DNA of 64,000 nt, taken from the sequence record PP680570.1; one strand, written 5' to 3'. A model generated the notes under the pieces. That model ran no database searches. It saw only the letters and a list, made by a program, of their open reading frames with translations, and had not been told where the DNA came from. This document shows positions 45,637 to 55,453 of this stretch, one piece after another. Every line of letters begins with the position of its first letter. Within the stretch, counting starts at the first letter, position 1. This DNA comes from Enterococcus phage VRE9_4. Made by a program: the position numbers and the translations under genes.

Positions 45637-46182
45637 GTATTAGGCAGGATAATTTATCCTCTCTGTTTTATTATAACATTTTATACAGAAAAAATCAAGG
45701 GGTGCTGAGTTTTAGGAAAAAATCCTGGCTTTACGAGGCAAGCCTTTAACGGGGAAAAAATCTAGCGTGGTGGTCGACATTAGGCTGGGTTCCGGCCGTG
45801 CGCGGCCGGCCAAAAAATAACACCCCATTATGAGAGAATTCTAATTTTCACAAATTAAAATAACAGTTTTGGGATTTTGGTTTTTTATTCATGTTATTGA
45901 ATATTAATTCAAGAAGCTGAAAAGCCCGTCATATCAACGTTTTGGGACGGTGTTATTTTATAAATTAAGTTTTTTCTGTTATTTTACGTTTTTTAAATAA
46001 CAAGAGAATTTTAATTTTTCACAAACTATTATTAAAAAATAACAAAAAAATTATTAGAAATCTCTAATTTTACAATTTTAAGAAAAATTTGATTTTCAGA
46101 AAATTTCATGAAAACTTTCAAAAATATTTTCATTTTCATAGATTAAAAAATAGTGAGATTTCTCTCACCATTTTCTCATTTA

Positions 46183-46941
46183 TTAATTTTGAAAACTTGC
46201 TTCAAATTCTTTCATATTAATTTCAGCAATTTTTTCAGAATGAACTTTTGTAGGGATACGCCAGCACATTCTATTTATTTTTCGATTCATTTTTTTGTGT
46301 TGTTTATAGCACCATGCCATTATTGCCACTTCTATATATACATCTGCCAACCCTGTATGTTCCTCTACAAAATCAGTTGTTTTCATCATCCAATTGTAAG
46401 CGACTTCTGCATTAGTTTTTAGGTTACCAGCTTTTGAATAGTAACCATTTTCAAACGCCCACTTTGGAAAACTTTTCTGCGAAAAAATTGTCTGGCAAGC
46501 CATATGCCAAATACAATTTATTTCTAAATTTTTTCCTACTTCATAAGGGAAGAAAAATGGATAGTTTGTCAATTCTTGCCATGTATTATTTAAAGCTTTG
46601 ACAAAATCAAAATAAGCGTTATAGGCTGCCACCGTTTTGATATTGTATTTTTCTATAATGTTAAGAATAACTCTTCTAACATATCTAAACGGCTTCACTT
46701 TCATAATTCCCTGAGAAATTTTTTCACGATACAAAGGCAATTTTGCATAGTAATAAGCGCTACGCATTAAAGCATCATCATCAAAAATTTCTGAAATTGC
46801 GAACGAATGTTCTTCATAGATATTCCCTTTTTTGTCAGCTACAACAAAACCTACATCGTAACATAATGGATTTTTTTCAACATCCCCAGCTGTTTCTACA
46901 TCTAAAACTAAAATATATTTTTTTCTTTTGTCAATTTTCAT
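46183..46941 (-). CDS. DEDDh-family 3'-5' exonuclease (DnaQ/DexA-like), paralogue 1
   Basis: LVLDVETAG (Exo I), YNAYFDF (Exo II), EEHTGLADVYIE (Exo III H-x4-D). Confidence 0.7.
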   Translation of the reverse strand: MKIDKRKKYILVLDVETAGDVEKNPLCYDVGFVVADKKGNIYEEHSFAISEIFDDDALMRSAYYYAKLPLYREKISQGIMKVKPFRYVRRVILNIIEKYNIKTVAAYNAYFDFVKALNNTWQELTNYPFFFPYEVGKNLEINCIWHMACQTIFSQKSFPKWAFENGYYSKAGNLKTNAEVAYNWMMKTTDFVEEHTGLADVYIEVAIMAWCYKQHKKMNRKINRMCWRIPTKVHSEKIAEINMKEFEASFQN

Positions 46942-46980
46942 GCTTACCTTTTTCCACCTTTTTAATAAAATATTTTTTGA

Positions 46981-47012
46981 AAAAATTAAAGGCTAGGTTT
47001 TTACGCCTAGCC
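46981..47012 (-). terminator. terminator GGCTAGG...CCTAGCC
   Basis: 7-bp stem + T-run on minus strand. Confidence 0.55.
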
Positions 47013-47023
47013 CTCGGCGTTTC

Positions 47024-47413
47024 TTAAATAATTTTGTAACCCACTTTTTTCTTGTCGCTTGTTGCGATTCCTTTTTCTAGGATTCCTTCTTCTACTAAAC
47101 CTTTTAGGCGTGGGGTCATTTTTTGTGGAGTGTAGTCAAACTCTAAAGCTTCATTCACTTCTTGACTTGTGTAAAATGTTTCTGGATCAGCTTCTTCAAA
47201 GAACCATTCTTGAATTTTTTGCATGTCTGCGATTTTTTCTTTGTTTGTCTTGCTTTGGCTAGGTTTGCGGTTAGCGTTACGTTTTTGAGCTTGTTCGCCT
47301 TTTTCTACGACAAAATCAATAACTTCTTGCGGTGCTTTTACATTTGACAAGATACGAGCAACTTCTGCAAATTTTTCAGCTACGACTAGTTTTTCAAATT
47401 GTGTTTTTTCCAT
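47024..47413 (-). CDS. small winged-helix protein, paralogue family member (wH-3); first gene of an early operon
   Basis: ATG 47413 behind AAAGGTGG; C-terminal TPQKMTPRLKGLVEEGILEKG...KKKVGYKII; three tandem TTGCAA promoters upstream (47450-47690). Confidence 0.55.
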   Translation of the reverse strand: MEKTQFEKLVVAEKFAEVARILSNVKAPQEVIDFVVEKGEQAQKRNANRKPSQSKTNKEKIADMQKIQEWFFEEADPETFYTSQEVNEALEFDYTPQKMTPRLKGLVEEGILEKGIATSDKKKVGYKII

Positions 47414-47695
47414 GATAAATTCCACCTTTTTAAAATTTTGTTAGTAAGTTGTTCCCTTACTACTCTTTAAGTATAAACGATTTTCAATTATTTTGCAAGT
47501 CTTTTTTTTGCTTTATTAGAAAATTCTCATTTAAGCTTAAAGAGTAACAAGTGAACTTCCCTCTTAAGTATATCATACTTTTTTTAACTTTGCAAGTATA
47601 AAGTTTATTTATTTTTCAAAGAACTTTTTGCAATCTCTTTCCTTATCTCTAATACTATTATAGCAAACTTGAAAAGAGATTGCAAGCATAAAGTC

Positions 47696-48322
47696 TTAAA
47701 TAATTTTGTCAATCGTGATTTTTTTGATTAGTGTTTCAAGTGTTTGTTTGGTTGGTTCGACTAGTAAACGATAATCAGCATGTTTGAATAAACCGAAATC
47801 GCTCGCAGTATCTCCCCACGCCTCTATATAACTATATTCGTTTGTGTTTATGTTCCACTGAATGCAATCATCTTTTTGTGATTCTGAAAACATGCCCTTA
47901 ACCTTTCCAGTGAAACGATCATCTGCTTTCAAATATTCAGTTGCATAGTATGAACAGCCCAAAAAGTCAGCTAAATGTTTAATTAGAAAATCGCTCGAAC
48001 CTGTAACAAGAACAACTTCAAAGCCTTGTAAAATTTTTTCTTTTAAATCGTCCAACGTTTCATACCAATTTTTCCCATTTTCTAAAAATTGAGAAACAAA
48101 CTCTTTTGCATGCATTTCTTTTTCTGTTTTCCCTGTTATCTCGTTGCGATAATTTTCGGCAACGGCAACAATCAGACTTTCATTTTTAACATCTTTTTTC
48201 CATGCTTTAAAAGAGCCATCATCTTTTATGATTCCTTTTTCAATTAAAAAACCCGCATGAGATAAAACAACGCTTTTCCTTGTTAGTGTTCCATCTACAT
48301 CTGTTAGAATTAAATTTTTCAT
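47696..48322 (-). CDS. HAD-superfamily phosphatase
   Basis: motif I LTDVDGTLT, motif IV GDTASD. Confidence 0.75.
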   Translation of the reverse strand: MKNLILTDVDGTLTRKSVVLSHAGFLIEKGIIKDDGSFKAWKKDVKNESLIVAVAENYRNEITGKTEKEMHAKEFVSQFLENGKNWYETLDDLKEKILQGFEVVLVTGSSDFLIKHLADFLGCSYYATEYLKADDRFTGKVKGMFSESQKDDCIQWNINTNEYSYIEAWGDTASDFGLFKHADYRLLVEPTKQTLETLIKKITIDKII

Positions 48323-49139
48323 TTCTTTCGTCCTCCCTTTATCTTATATACTTATTATAGGGGATAAACGATAAAAAGTAAAGCATTTTACACATTAAAA
48401 TTATTAAAGTTTAATGAGAATTGTTTCTAATTTACACACAATTCACCAGGCGTTATTTTATAATTAAATAACAGCTTTTCTTCGGACACATGTTATTTTA
48501 TAAACCTGTAAGCGCTTACAAACTGCGTCAGATCAAGCTTTCAATAGATTTTCAGAAATTTTCATTGTTGTTTCAATAACAGGCAAAAAAATACATGTGA
48601 AATAATTCACAAACATAAAATAACACCCAAGAGCAGAAAAAATAACACACTTTGGCTCGTGCGCACATTCACATTCTCTTGCTCTCTTGGAATGAAAAGG
48701 CTGTGAAAGCTTGGTATAATAGGCTTCCTGGGTTGCGAAAAAATTCACATGCATGGACTTTTGGGATATTAAAATAACATTAAAAAACAATTAAATAACG
48801 AGCCAAAAACTTGACAGGGATAAAATAACACAGTAAAATGGCGCTCGCCAGCGAGCGGCCGAAAAATAACGTCCTCTATTTGTTATTTTATTCATTTCAC
48901 AAACTTTAGTTTCAGGATTCTGTTATTTTATTTTTGAAAATCATTTTTCAATTTATGAAAATGAAAATGAAAGCTTGATACATCAAGGTTTTGGGAGCCT
49001 CGCCCCACAATGTTATTTTATCTTCTTCCTTTGGGGCTGTTATTTTATTTTATACATTTCATAAACTTTACTTTTAAAATAACACGTATTTCTTTGTGAA
49101 AAAATTCACAAGCAAAATTAAAAAAAGATGAGAAGAATC

Positions 49140-49397
49140 TCATCTTTCAAAAATACGCCCTAAATTATAATCAATGTTATAATTAAAATCTGAATAGTCA
49201 TTAACAACATCAACAAAGTTGAAAAACTCAACTACTATTTTTTCGGCTTCTTCTGGCTCTAAACAACCACTCATAATTTCATCATTCAAAATTAATAAAT
49301 CTTCAATTTTTCGATATAACACTGAAAACTCATCTTTATCATATACCTCAACTAAAAAAATTTTTCCTGTAGGCATTTTTACAATTACGTTTCCCAT
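49140..49397 (-). CDS. hypothetical early protein (85 aa)
   Basis: own promoter TTGACT-N14-TGTTATACT (49429-49457) and SD. Confidence 0.45.
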   Translation of the reverse strand: MGNVIVKMPTGKIFLVEVYDKDEFSVLYRKIEDLLILNDEIMSGCLEPEEAEKIVVEFFNFVDVVNDYSDFNYNIDYNLGRIFER

Positions 49398-49428
49398 TTA
49401 ATTCATTCCTTTCCTTTACTATATATAT

Positions 49429-49457
49429 AGTATAACATATAAGTAAAAGGGAGTCAA
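49429..49457 (-). promoter_or_regulatory. early promoter TTGACT-N14-TGTTATACT with -35 inside a terminator-like hairpin
   Basis: reverse-strand reading. Confidence 0.6.
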
Positions 49458-49466
49458 CCCTTTTAC

Positions 49467-49724
49467 TTAATTTTCTTGATTAAATTTTTCTAATCGTTTT
49501 AACAAAATTTTTCCATTTATTTTAGCTATTAATTTGCCAATTAAACTTTTTGACATAGATAAATTTTTAAATCTGAAATAATAGAAATCACTTCTATTTT
49601 CTCCTTTTCTAAATTCATAAGCCAGCTTACCATTTAAAATTTGATTGTGGAGAAAAATCTTTACTTCTGGGAAACTCTCAATAATATAATAGTTACCATT
49701 GTTTACAAAAACATTCATTTGCAT
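49467..49724 (-). CDS. hypothetical early protein (85 aa)
   Basis: own promoter TTGACA-N14-TGATATAAT. Confidence 0.45.
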   Translation of the reverse strand: MQMNVFVNNGNYYIIESFPEVKIFLHNQILNGKLAYEFRKGENRSDFYYFRFKNLSMSKSLIGKLIAKINGKILLKRLEKFNQEN

Positions 49725-49781
49725 TTAATTCATTCCTTTCTTAACTTTCTATAATTATTATATCAAGGAAAGGGCTGTTTG

Positions 49782-50084
49782 TCAACCCTTTTCCTCAATT
49801 TCTTTGATAATTCTTTTTTCGTCCTCTGGTAACATTTGAATAACAGTCTTTACTACTATAGTTTTATCTGTTTCATTACAGACATATAAGCGAGAACCGA
49901 AAACCCACAATTTAAATTCATTCTCTTCATTTTTTGGCGTTTTCTTCCTTACGTTCTTAATTTGAAAATCGTTAAGAATTGCCGAACGAACTTGTCTATT
50001 ATTCATTTGTTCTTTAGCTACTCTTTCTAAGTAGCGCTCTTTGGCGTGTTGTGTGATAATAACTTTTTTAGTAAATAAAAGCAT
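49782..50084 (-). CDS. hypothetical early protein (100 aa)
   Basis: own promoter + SD. Confidence 0.45.
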   Translation of the reverse strand: MLLFTKKVIITQHAKERYLERVAKEQMNNRQVRSAILNDFQIKNVRKKTPKNEENEFKLWVFGSRLYVCNETDKTIVVKTVIQMLPEDEKRIIKEIEEKG

Positions 50085-50142
50085 TTGTTACAACTCCTTT
50101 CTATATTCTTATTATATATTATAAGGGTTGAAAAGTCAACCC

Positions 50143-50514
50143 TCAACCCTCAAAAAACTTTTTAGTAATTTTTTCCTTTACATTAATTTTTTCAATTTTT
50201 TCTTTTGCAGAAAAATCTGTCACGTCAATACTGTGGATTCTGTGCTTGTCATTGTCACTAATAAAATTATTCGACCCGAAAAAATTATATACTTCTGTTA
50301 ATTCATCAGCTTCATTATCCTCAAAAAATTCGACTAGTTTATAATCATATTCATTTTGAATTTTCCGTTTTCTTTTTGCAACTAAAGAACCTTTATAATA
50401 TAATTTAACAGTCATATTATTAGTTAATAAGTTAAATTTCCCAGTGTAAACACAAAGTTCGTCCACTCCAATTAGTTTTACTTTCTTTTCTTCAAATGTT
50501 TTAAAAATTTGCAT
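50143..50514 (-). CDS. hypothetical early protein (123 aa)
   Basis: ATG 50514 (AAGGAG SD overlaps track GTG). Confidence 0.5.
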   Translation of the reverse strand: MQIFKTFEEKKVKLIGVDELCVYTGKFNLLTNNMTVKLYYKGSLVAKRKRKIQNEYDYKLVEFFEDNEADELTEVYNFFGSNNFISDNDKHRIHSIDVTDFSAKEKIEKINVKEKITKKFFEG

Positions 50515-50543
50515 TTCGTTCACTCCTTATTCTTTATATTATT

Positions 50544-50572
50544 ATTATAACAGGTGGTAAAGGGTTTGTCAA
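50544..50572 (-). promoter_or_regulatory. early promoter TTGACA-N14-TGTTATAAT; -35 in loop of GGTAAAGGG/CCCTTTACC hairpin
   Basis: reverse-strand reading. Confidence 0.6.
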
Positions 50573-50976
50573 CCCTTTACCTTATATTTTTTAGGACTTC
50601 CGCCTAAGTCTTCCAGATATCCCTTTTCTTTCATTTTTTTCAATCTGCTAGGGGTCTGACGGTTTGTGTATTTATCAGCAACTAACAAATGAAAATCTTT
50701 ATTTTGAAAATACTCTTTGCCACCGAAAGCAATTTTCACTACATTGTTAAATAAGTCGTCAATTTCATCTTCTGTAATTTTTGCCTTTGCATTTTTAGCT
50801 TTCTTGATTTCTTTTTGTTCTTTTTCAAAGTCTGTTTTCTTGTCACTTTCAAACTTATCAAACTCTCTTAACTCGATAGCTTCGGCAAGATTCAACTCTA
50901 ATTTTTCAACCATTTCATCAATTAATTTCCAATCATGAGAAGTAATCTTTTCGCCGTTAGAAAATGTTTCTTGCAT
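50569..50976 (-). CDS. small winged-helix protein, paralogue family member (wH-4)
   Basis: ATG 50976; C-terminal NRQTPSRLKKMKEKGYLEDLGGSPKKYKVKG. Confidence 0.5.
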   Translation of the reverse strand: MQETFSNGEKITSHDWKLIDEMVEKLELNLAEAIELREFDKFESDKKTDFEKEQKEIKKAKNAKAKITEDEIDDLFNNVVKIAFGGKEYFQNKDFHLLVADKYTNRQTPSRLKKMKEKGYLEDLGGSPKKYKVKG

Positions 50977-51037
50977 ATAACACCATTCCTTTCCTTTACT
51001 ATATATATAGTATAACATGAAAACTTTTTTGTGTCAA

Positions 51038-51283
51038 CTATTTTTCACTTTTTTCCCAAAGATAATTATCGCATGCCACAAAAAGACTTTCTAAAAATTT
51101 TAAGGCTTCAAAAAAAGGTTTTTGCATATAGTTTTTATAAATAGGATTTTCGTCAAAAGGCGTTGCCCAATTAGAAACATAATAGACCAATCCTTCCCAA
51201 TCAGCTTTACCATAAAAATCGCTAATTTGTTCATCTGTAGAATTTTCTAAAATGGTATTAATATCTTTTTTCATTTTATCCAT
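51038..51283 (-). CDS. hypothetical early protein (81 aa)
   Basis: GGAGGGG SD. Confidence 0.45.
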   Translation of the reverse strand: MDKMKKDINTILENSTDEQISDFYGKADWEGLVYYVSNWATPFDENPIYKNYMQKPFFEALKFLESLFVACDNYLWEKSEK

Positions 51284-51509
51284 TTTCGTCCCCTCCTTAA
51301 CTTTCTATAATAATTATAACAGATAAAACTAAAAAAATCAAATAATAAATACATGAGTTTTAGGATATTTTTTCTCATTAAACTTTTAGAAAAAATTTTG
51401 ATTTTTTTCTTGATATAGACCTAATTTTGTGGTAAAATTTCCGCCCGAAAACGGCAAATTTGCTCACTATTTCACAAGAAAGCTAAATAAAAAAAGGCTT
51501 TTCAGCCTT

Positions 51510-51749
51510 TTAAAAATGATTGCCAAGTATAGAATACAAACCTCCCCAGCCAATAAAGAAAATATACAAAATACCAAGAAAACCGCTCAAAGTGAAAAAT
51601 TTACCAGATATAATAATAAAAATAAAATATATAATAGGTATAAAAAACATAGTACCAAACAAAACCGATGATACAATCCCCCAAAAAAATAAGCTTGCTC
51701 TTTCTTTGGACTTTCTTTTCTTTCTATTTCTGATTTCAATTCTATTCAT
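51510..51749 (-). CDS. small membrane protein with basic N-terminus
   Basis: RNRKKRKSKER then 2-3 TM; own TTGACA promoter at ~51790. Confidence 0.4.
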   Translation of the reverse strand: MNRIEIRNRKKRKSKERASLFFWGIVSSVLFGTMFFIPIIYFIFIIISGKFFTLSGFLGILYIFFIGWGGLYSILGNHF

Positions 51750-51799
51750 TCTTATCATTCCTTTCTATAGTTATATTATAGCAAATAAAAAGAGTTGTG

Positions 51800-52519
51800 T
51801 CAACTCTTTTTATTATTTAAATTTTCTTCGTTTACAATTCGCCACGCTTGAGGATTAATAGAATAAGCATGAATAGGAATTTCTTTTTCTTGACTTAATA
51901 GACAATGTAAAATTTTTGTTTCATCTATGCTATCCTGTAAAGCAGTATGCTCTTCAATGTAACCTGTATCATTAAACAAAAATTTGTAAGTTGCTTCTGC
52001 ACCAGTTTGATAATTTCCTTTTTCTGTCAAAAGGTTGTGAGTTTTTGCGAACTCTTTATATTCTGGCGTATTTAATACAGTATAAGCGGCAACTGGATAA
52101 ATATCAATCAAAAAGAAATTATCAAAGAAATCAAAATCCTTCCCTGAAAAAAAGAAATGAGTTTTTGCAATTACACGAGTGTCAAAACCTAAGTTATAAG
52201 CACCAATGTAAGCAACATTATATTTTTTACAGTCTTTTTTAAGTTGTCCGATAATGTTCGCCCACTTGCTAACAATGATTCTTTTTTCAAGTAATTTTGT
52301 AAAATATATTTTTCCATCAACTACATTTTCATCAATCAAGAAAGCACGTTTTTTATTCAACGCTTGAAATTTGAATTGTTCTACCATGTAAGAACGTTCT
52401 ACTAAAATATTTCCCTTTTTGTCTGAAATAGCCCAACCAATATCGAAAACTGATTGATAAGGCATTCCCTCGCCTTCTTTTGTTGTTTCAGTATCTAAAA
52501 TCAAAAATGTTTCTTGCAT
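51800..52519 (-). CDS. DEDDh-family 3'-5' exonuclease, paralogue 2
   Basis: LILDTETT, YNLGFDTR, EEHTALQDSIDE; ATG 52519 behind AAAGGTGG. Confidence 0.7.
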   Translation of the reverse strand: MQETFLILDTETTKEGEGMPYQSVFDIGWAISDKKGNILVERSYMVEQFKFQALNKKRAFLIDENVVDGKIYFTKLLEKRIIVSKWANIIGQLKKDCKKYNVAYIGAYNLGFDTRVIAKTHFFFSGKDFDFFDNFFLIDIYPVAAYTVLNTPEYKEFAKTHNLLTEKGNYQTGAEATYKFLFNDTGYIEEHTALQDSIDETKILHCLLSQEKEIPIHAYSINPQAWRIVNEENLNNKKS

Positions 52520-52612
52520 GTAATTTTCCACCTTTTCAATAAATTTATTTGTTCCTTAACTACTATTTAAGTATAACAAAAGGGCTTGAGCTTGTCAAGC
52601 CCTTTTACTAAC

Positions 52613-53026
52613 TTATTTCAATTTGTAAGCTACTTTTTTATCCTTTACAACTTTTTCAAATTCTTCATTATCAACTAATGGTTTCATGATTGCCGTCAAT
52701 TTTTGAGGTGTAGCACCAACAAGCCCAATTAATTCAGAAATTTCGTGCAATGTTAAGGCTGTTTCTGGTTCTAAGTCAAGAAATGCTTTTCGTACTTTAT
52801 CCATATTTTCGGCTTTTTCTTTTGCTGTTTTGCTTACGCCTTTTTTACCACGTTTTGCCTTGTCTTGTTTCACTTGTTGAGTGTGCATAGCTTTCAATTT
52901 GTCTAATAATTCAATATCAACTTTTTCAAATAAGTCAGTATTTAAAAATGTTTTGTCCTCGATTGCTTTGCTTACTACTTTAACCGCTAATTCCAATGCT
53001 TGTGCTTTTGTAATTTGTTTTTCCAT
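52613..53026 (-). CDS. small winged-helix protein, paralogue family member (wH-5); first gene of early operon
   Basis: ATG 53026 behind AAAGGTGG (identical RBS/start context to 47413); two tandem TTGACA promoters upstream. Confidence 0.55.
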   Translation of the reverse strand: MEKQITKAQALELAVKVVSKAIEDKTFLNTDLFEKVDIELLDKLKAMHTQQVKQDKAKRGKKGVSKTAKEKAENMDKVRKAFLDLEPETALTLHEISELIGLVGATPQKLTAIMKPLVDNEEFEKVVKDKKVAYKLK

Positions 53027-53188
53027 GATAAATTCCACCTTTTTAAAATATTTTTTTGTAACAATTTCTTATTACATTCTTAGTATAAAACATTTTGATT
53101 TGTTTGTCAAGTGTTTTATACTAATTTCTAACAAGAAATTTTTGTTGTTTTCTTTATACTCTTATTATAGAGTATTGAGAAAGGCTTG

Positions 53189-53392
53189 TCAAGCCTTTTC
53201 CCAATTTTCTTTTAAGAAAGTAACAACGCTATAACTTGTAATAGTTGTTAAGGCAATAAGTAACAAGCTTTGAATAGAGAAGAAACCAGTGTACAAAATA
53301 GCTTGATAAGTAAAGTAGAATGGTACTAAGATACCTCCAGCGACTAAAATTCCTACAAAAACAATTAATAATACTAATTCAGATAATTTCAT
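53189..53392 (-). CDS. small membrane protein (67 aa)
   Basis: 2 TM. Confidence 0.4.
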   Translation of the reverse strand: MKLSELVLLIVFVGILVAGGILVPFYFTYQAILYTGFFSIQSLLLIALTTITSYSVVTFLKENWEKA

Positions 53393-54076
53393 TTTAAAAC
53401 TTCCTTTCCTTTTCTATATATTAAGTATATCATTGTTAAAATGTTTTGTCAATACTTTTTGTTAAATAATTTCAAATTTTCTATTTTTAAATTCTTCTTT
53501 GAAGTCTTGAACGGCTTGTTCATAAGTATCACCTTCAACAAAAATTTCTTCAATTTTAGGATAACCACTATCCAAACTAATTTCATCTAAGAATTTAACA
53601 AGTAAAATATATTTATTCATTTTTTTCATTCCTTTCCTTATCTTGATTCTATTATAACACGACTTAATTCATCTGTCAACACTTTTATCATTTTATCAGC
53701 TTTTTCTTTTCGGTCAATTTCTTTTTCTCTTTGGTTCTTTCTAGCAATCAATTTCAATCTTAAATATTTATTTTTCATTTTAAATCGTTCCTTTCTATAA
53801 TTCTATATTAGCAAACCTCAATGCTTTTGTCAAGCATTTTATTAAATTTATTTTTTTATTTTATTTTTTGTTCCCTCCTTAACTTTCTATAATTATTATA
53901 GCATAGACCAAGAGGAAAGACAATAATAAAACACTGTAATTTTAATTAGAATTTTCTCATTTTGTATGAAAGATGTAAGCGCTTTCATTTTATGGTTTCC
54001 TCCCTGTTTGCGGGGCGTTCTCACCTCTCCTTATATTTATATTATAGCAGAAAAAAATAAGCCCGTCAAGGCTTAT

Positions 54077-54478
54077 TTATAAGTTTTTCCATTTTTTTCT
54101 TTGTTCTCGATAGGTTTTTGCTGTTTGCTCTTCAGTATCATGATGAGCAACCATGTTTGCGCCGATGTTAGTTCCTTGAATTGTTTTTGTTTGTTTGATT
54201 TGTGCTAATTCATCTAAGTTTTTTTGCGAGTATTTTTCAACAGTTTTATATAAACTAGCCTCATTTAAAATTTTAATAACTTTTTTTCGTTTTAAGAAGA
54301 AAGTTTTGTATTCTTCTTCCTCTAATCTGATAAGCTGAATTATTAAATTATCATCAAACCAATCCAACCTTACCTTTAAAACATTATACCCAAAGCATTT
54401 TTCAGGACTTACCTCGATCAATTTTACATCGTCTTCTTTTTTATAATGATATTTTTTGATATATTCTAAATCATTCAT
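54077..54478 (-). CDS. hypothetical early protein (133 aa)
   Basis: AAGGAG SD, ATG 54478. Confidence 0.5.
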   Translation of the reverse strand: MNDLEYIKKYHYKKEDDVKLIEVSPEKCFGYNVLKVRLDWFDDNLIIQLIRLEEEEYKTFFLKRKKVIKILNEASLYKTVEKYSQKNLDELAQIKQTKTIQGTNIGANMVAHHDTEEQTAKTYREQRKKWKNL

Positions 54479-54651
54479 TCTTGTCACTCCTTATTCTTTA
54501 TATATTTATTATAGCATGAGTTTTGGGACAAGTCAACAGAAAAACGCCAAAATAAATAAAAAAAATTTTCTATGAAAGCGCTTTCATTTTATGGTTTCCT
54601 CCCCCCTTACAAGTTCAGTATAACAAAAAAATAGGGGTTTGTCAACCCCTA

Positions 54652-55065
54652 TTACTTAAATTCATTATATAAATTTTCTAATTCAATTTCTTTCTTTTTC
54701 TGTTTCTCTCTATCTTCCACACAATAAAACATATCTCTTACAAAAGGTAAGTCAATCAATCTGAGATTTCCTTTTTTATATTCTGATAACATTAATAAAT
54801 TTTCTTTTTCTGTATCTTCTTCCCACTTATCTGTATAATGATATTTTTCAGAATAAAGGATTTCTACTTTCTTCTTTTTTGAAAATATTTTTTTCTTTTC
54901 TCTAAAATTCATTAGTGAGATTTTAAATAATCCTGTTCTCCATTGAGAAATAAAGACATTTTCAATTATAAGAAATTTATATCCCTCTATCTCTTCATGT
55001 AATTCTACTATCGCAGTTTTTTCATCTAATTTCTTGATATATTCTTTTTGTTCTACTGTAAGCAT
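54652..55065 (-). CDS. hypothetical early protein (137 aa)
   Basis: AAGGAG SD, ATG 55065. Confidence 0.5.
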   Translation of the reverse strand: MLTVEQKEYIKKLDEKTAIVELHEEIEGYKFLIIENVFISQWRTGLFKISLMNFREKKKIFSKKKKVEILYSEKYHYTDKWEEDTEKENLLMLSEYKKGNLRLIDLPFVRDMFYCVEDREKQKKKEIELENLYNEFK

Positions 55066-55126
55066 TTCATTCACTCCTTATTCTTTATATTATTATCATA
55101 ACAGAAAGGGATAATCCTGTCAAGGA

Positions 55127-55453
55127 TTATCTTCTTAAAATTTTTCCAACAAACACATCTTGTCTTATTTGTTCAGCTTGTTCAAGATATATTAATTCAA
55201 ATGAATCTTTATAGATACGATGATTTTTTATATCTAAAGTCTTTTTTGTTGAGAAAAAAGCATCTAAAGCATCTTTTGAAGCCTCTGTTATATCTTCATC
55301 ATAGAAATCTCCTTTCAATTGTTCTTTTATATATTCTGCAAAATCTTTATAAAGCGTTGTAATTAAAAGATGATGATTGCGTAAACGTTTTTCAGTTCTT
55401 TCAACCTCTTTCTTCATTTCATTAATTTTTTCTTTCATTTCTTTTTCTAGCAT
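55127..55453 (-). CDS. hypothetical early protein (108 aa)
   Basis: AAGGAG SD. Confidence 0.5.
   Translation of the reverse strand: MLEKEMKEKINEMKKEVERTEKRLRNHHLLITTLYKDFAEYIKEQLKGDFYDEDITEASKDALDAFFSTKKTLDIKNHRIYKDSFELIYLEQAEQIRQDVFVGKILRR

Noticed and set aside
46153-47347. Plus-strand ORFs 46153-46422, 46743-47027, 47059-47262, 47162-47347 in the minus-strand early block
   Set aside because: Antisense to the DEDDh exonuclease and winged-helix genes. Cys/Phe/Leu-rich nonsense translations.
48533-48790. 85-aa minus-strand ORF in the 48.3-49.1 kb island
   Set aside because: Lies across AAAATAACA repeats, a cre palindrome and a GC hairpin, with no RBS or promoter. The region is better explained as non-coding regulatory DNA.
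51429-51858. Plus-strand ORFs 51429-51671 and 51520-51858
   Set aside because: Overlap a minus-strand membrane-protein gene that has its own TTGACA promoter and RBS. Plus-strand translations are A-run-derived Lys/Asn low complexity.
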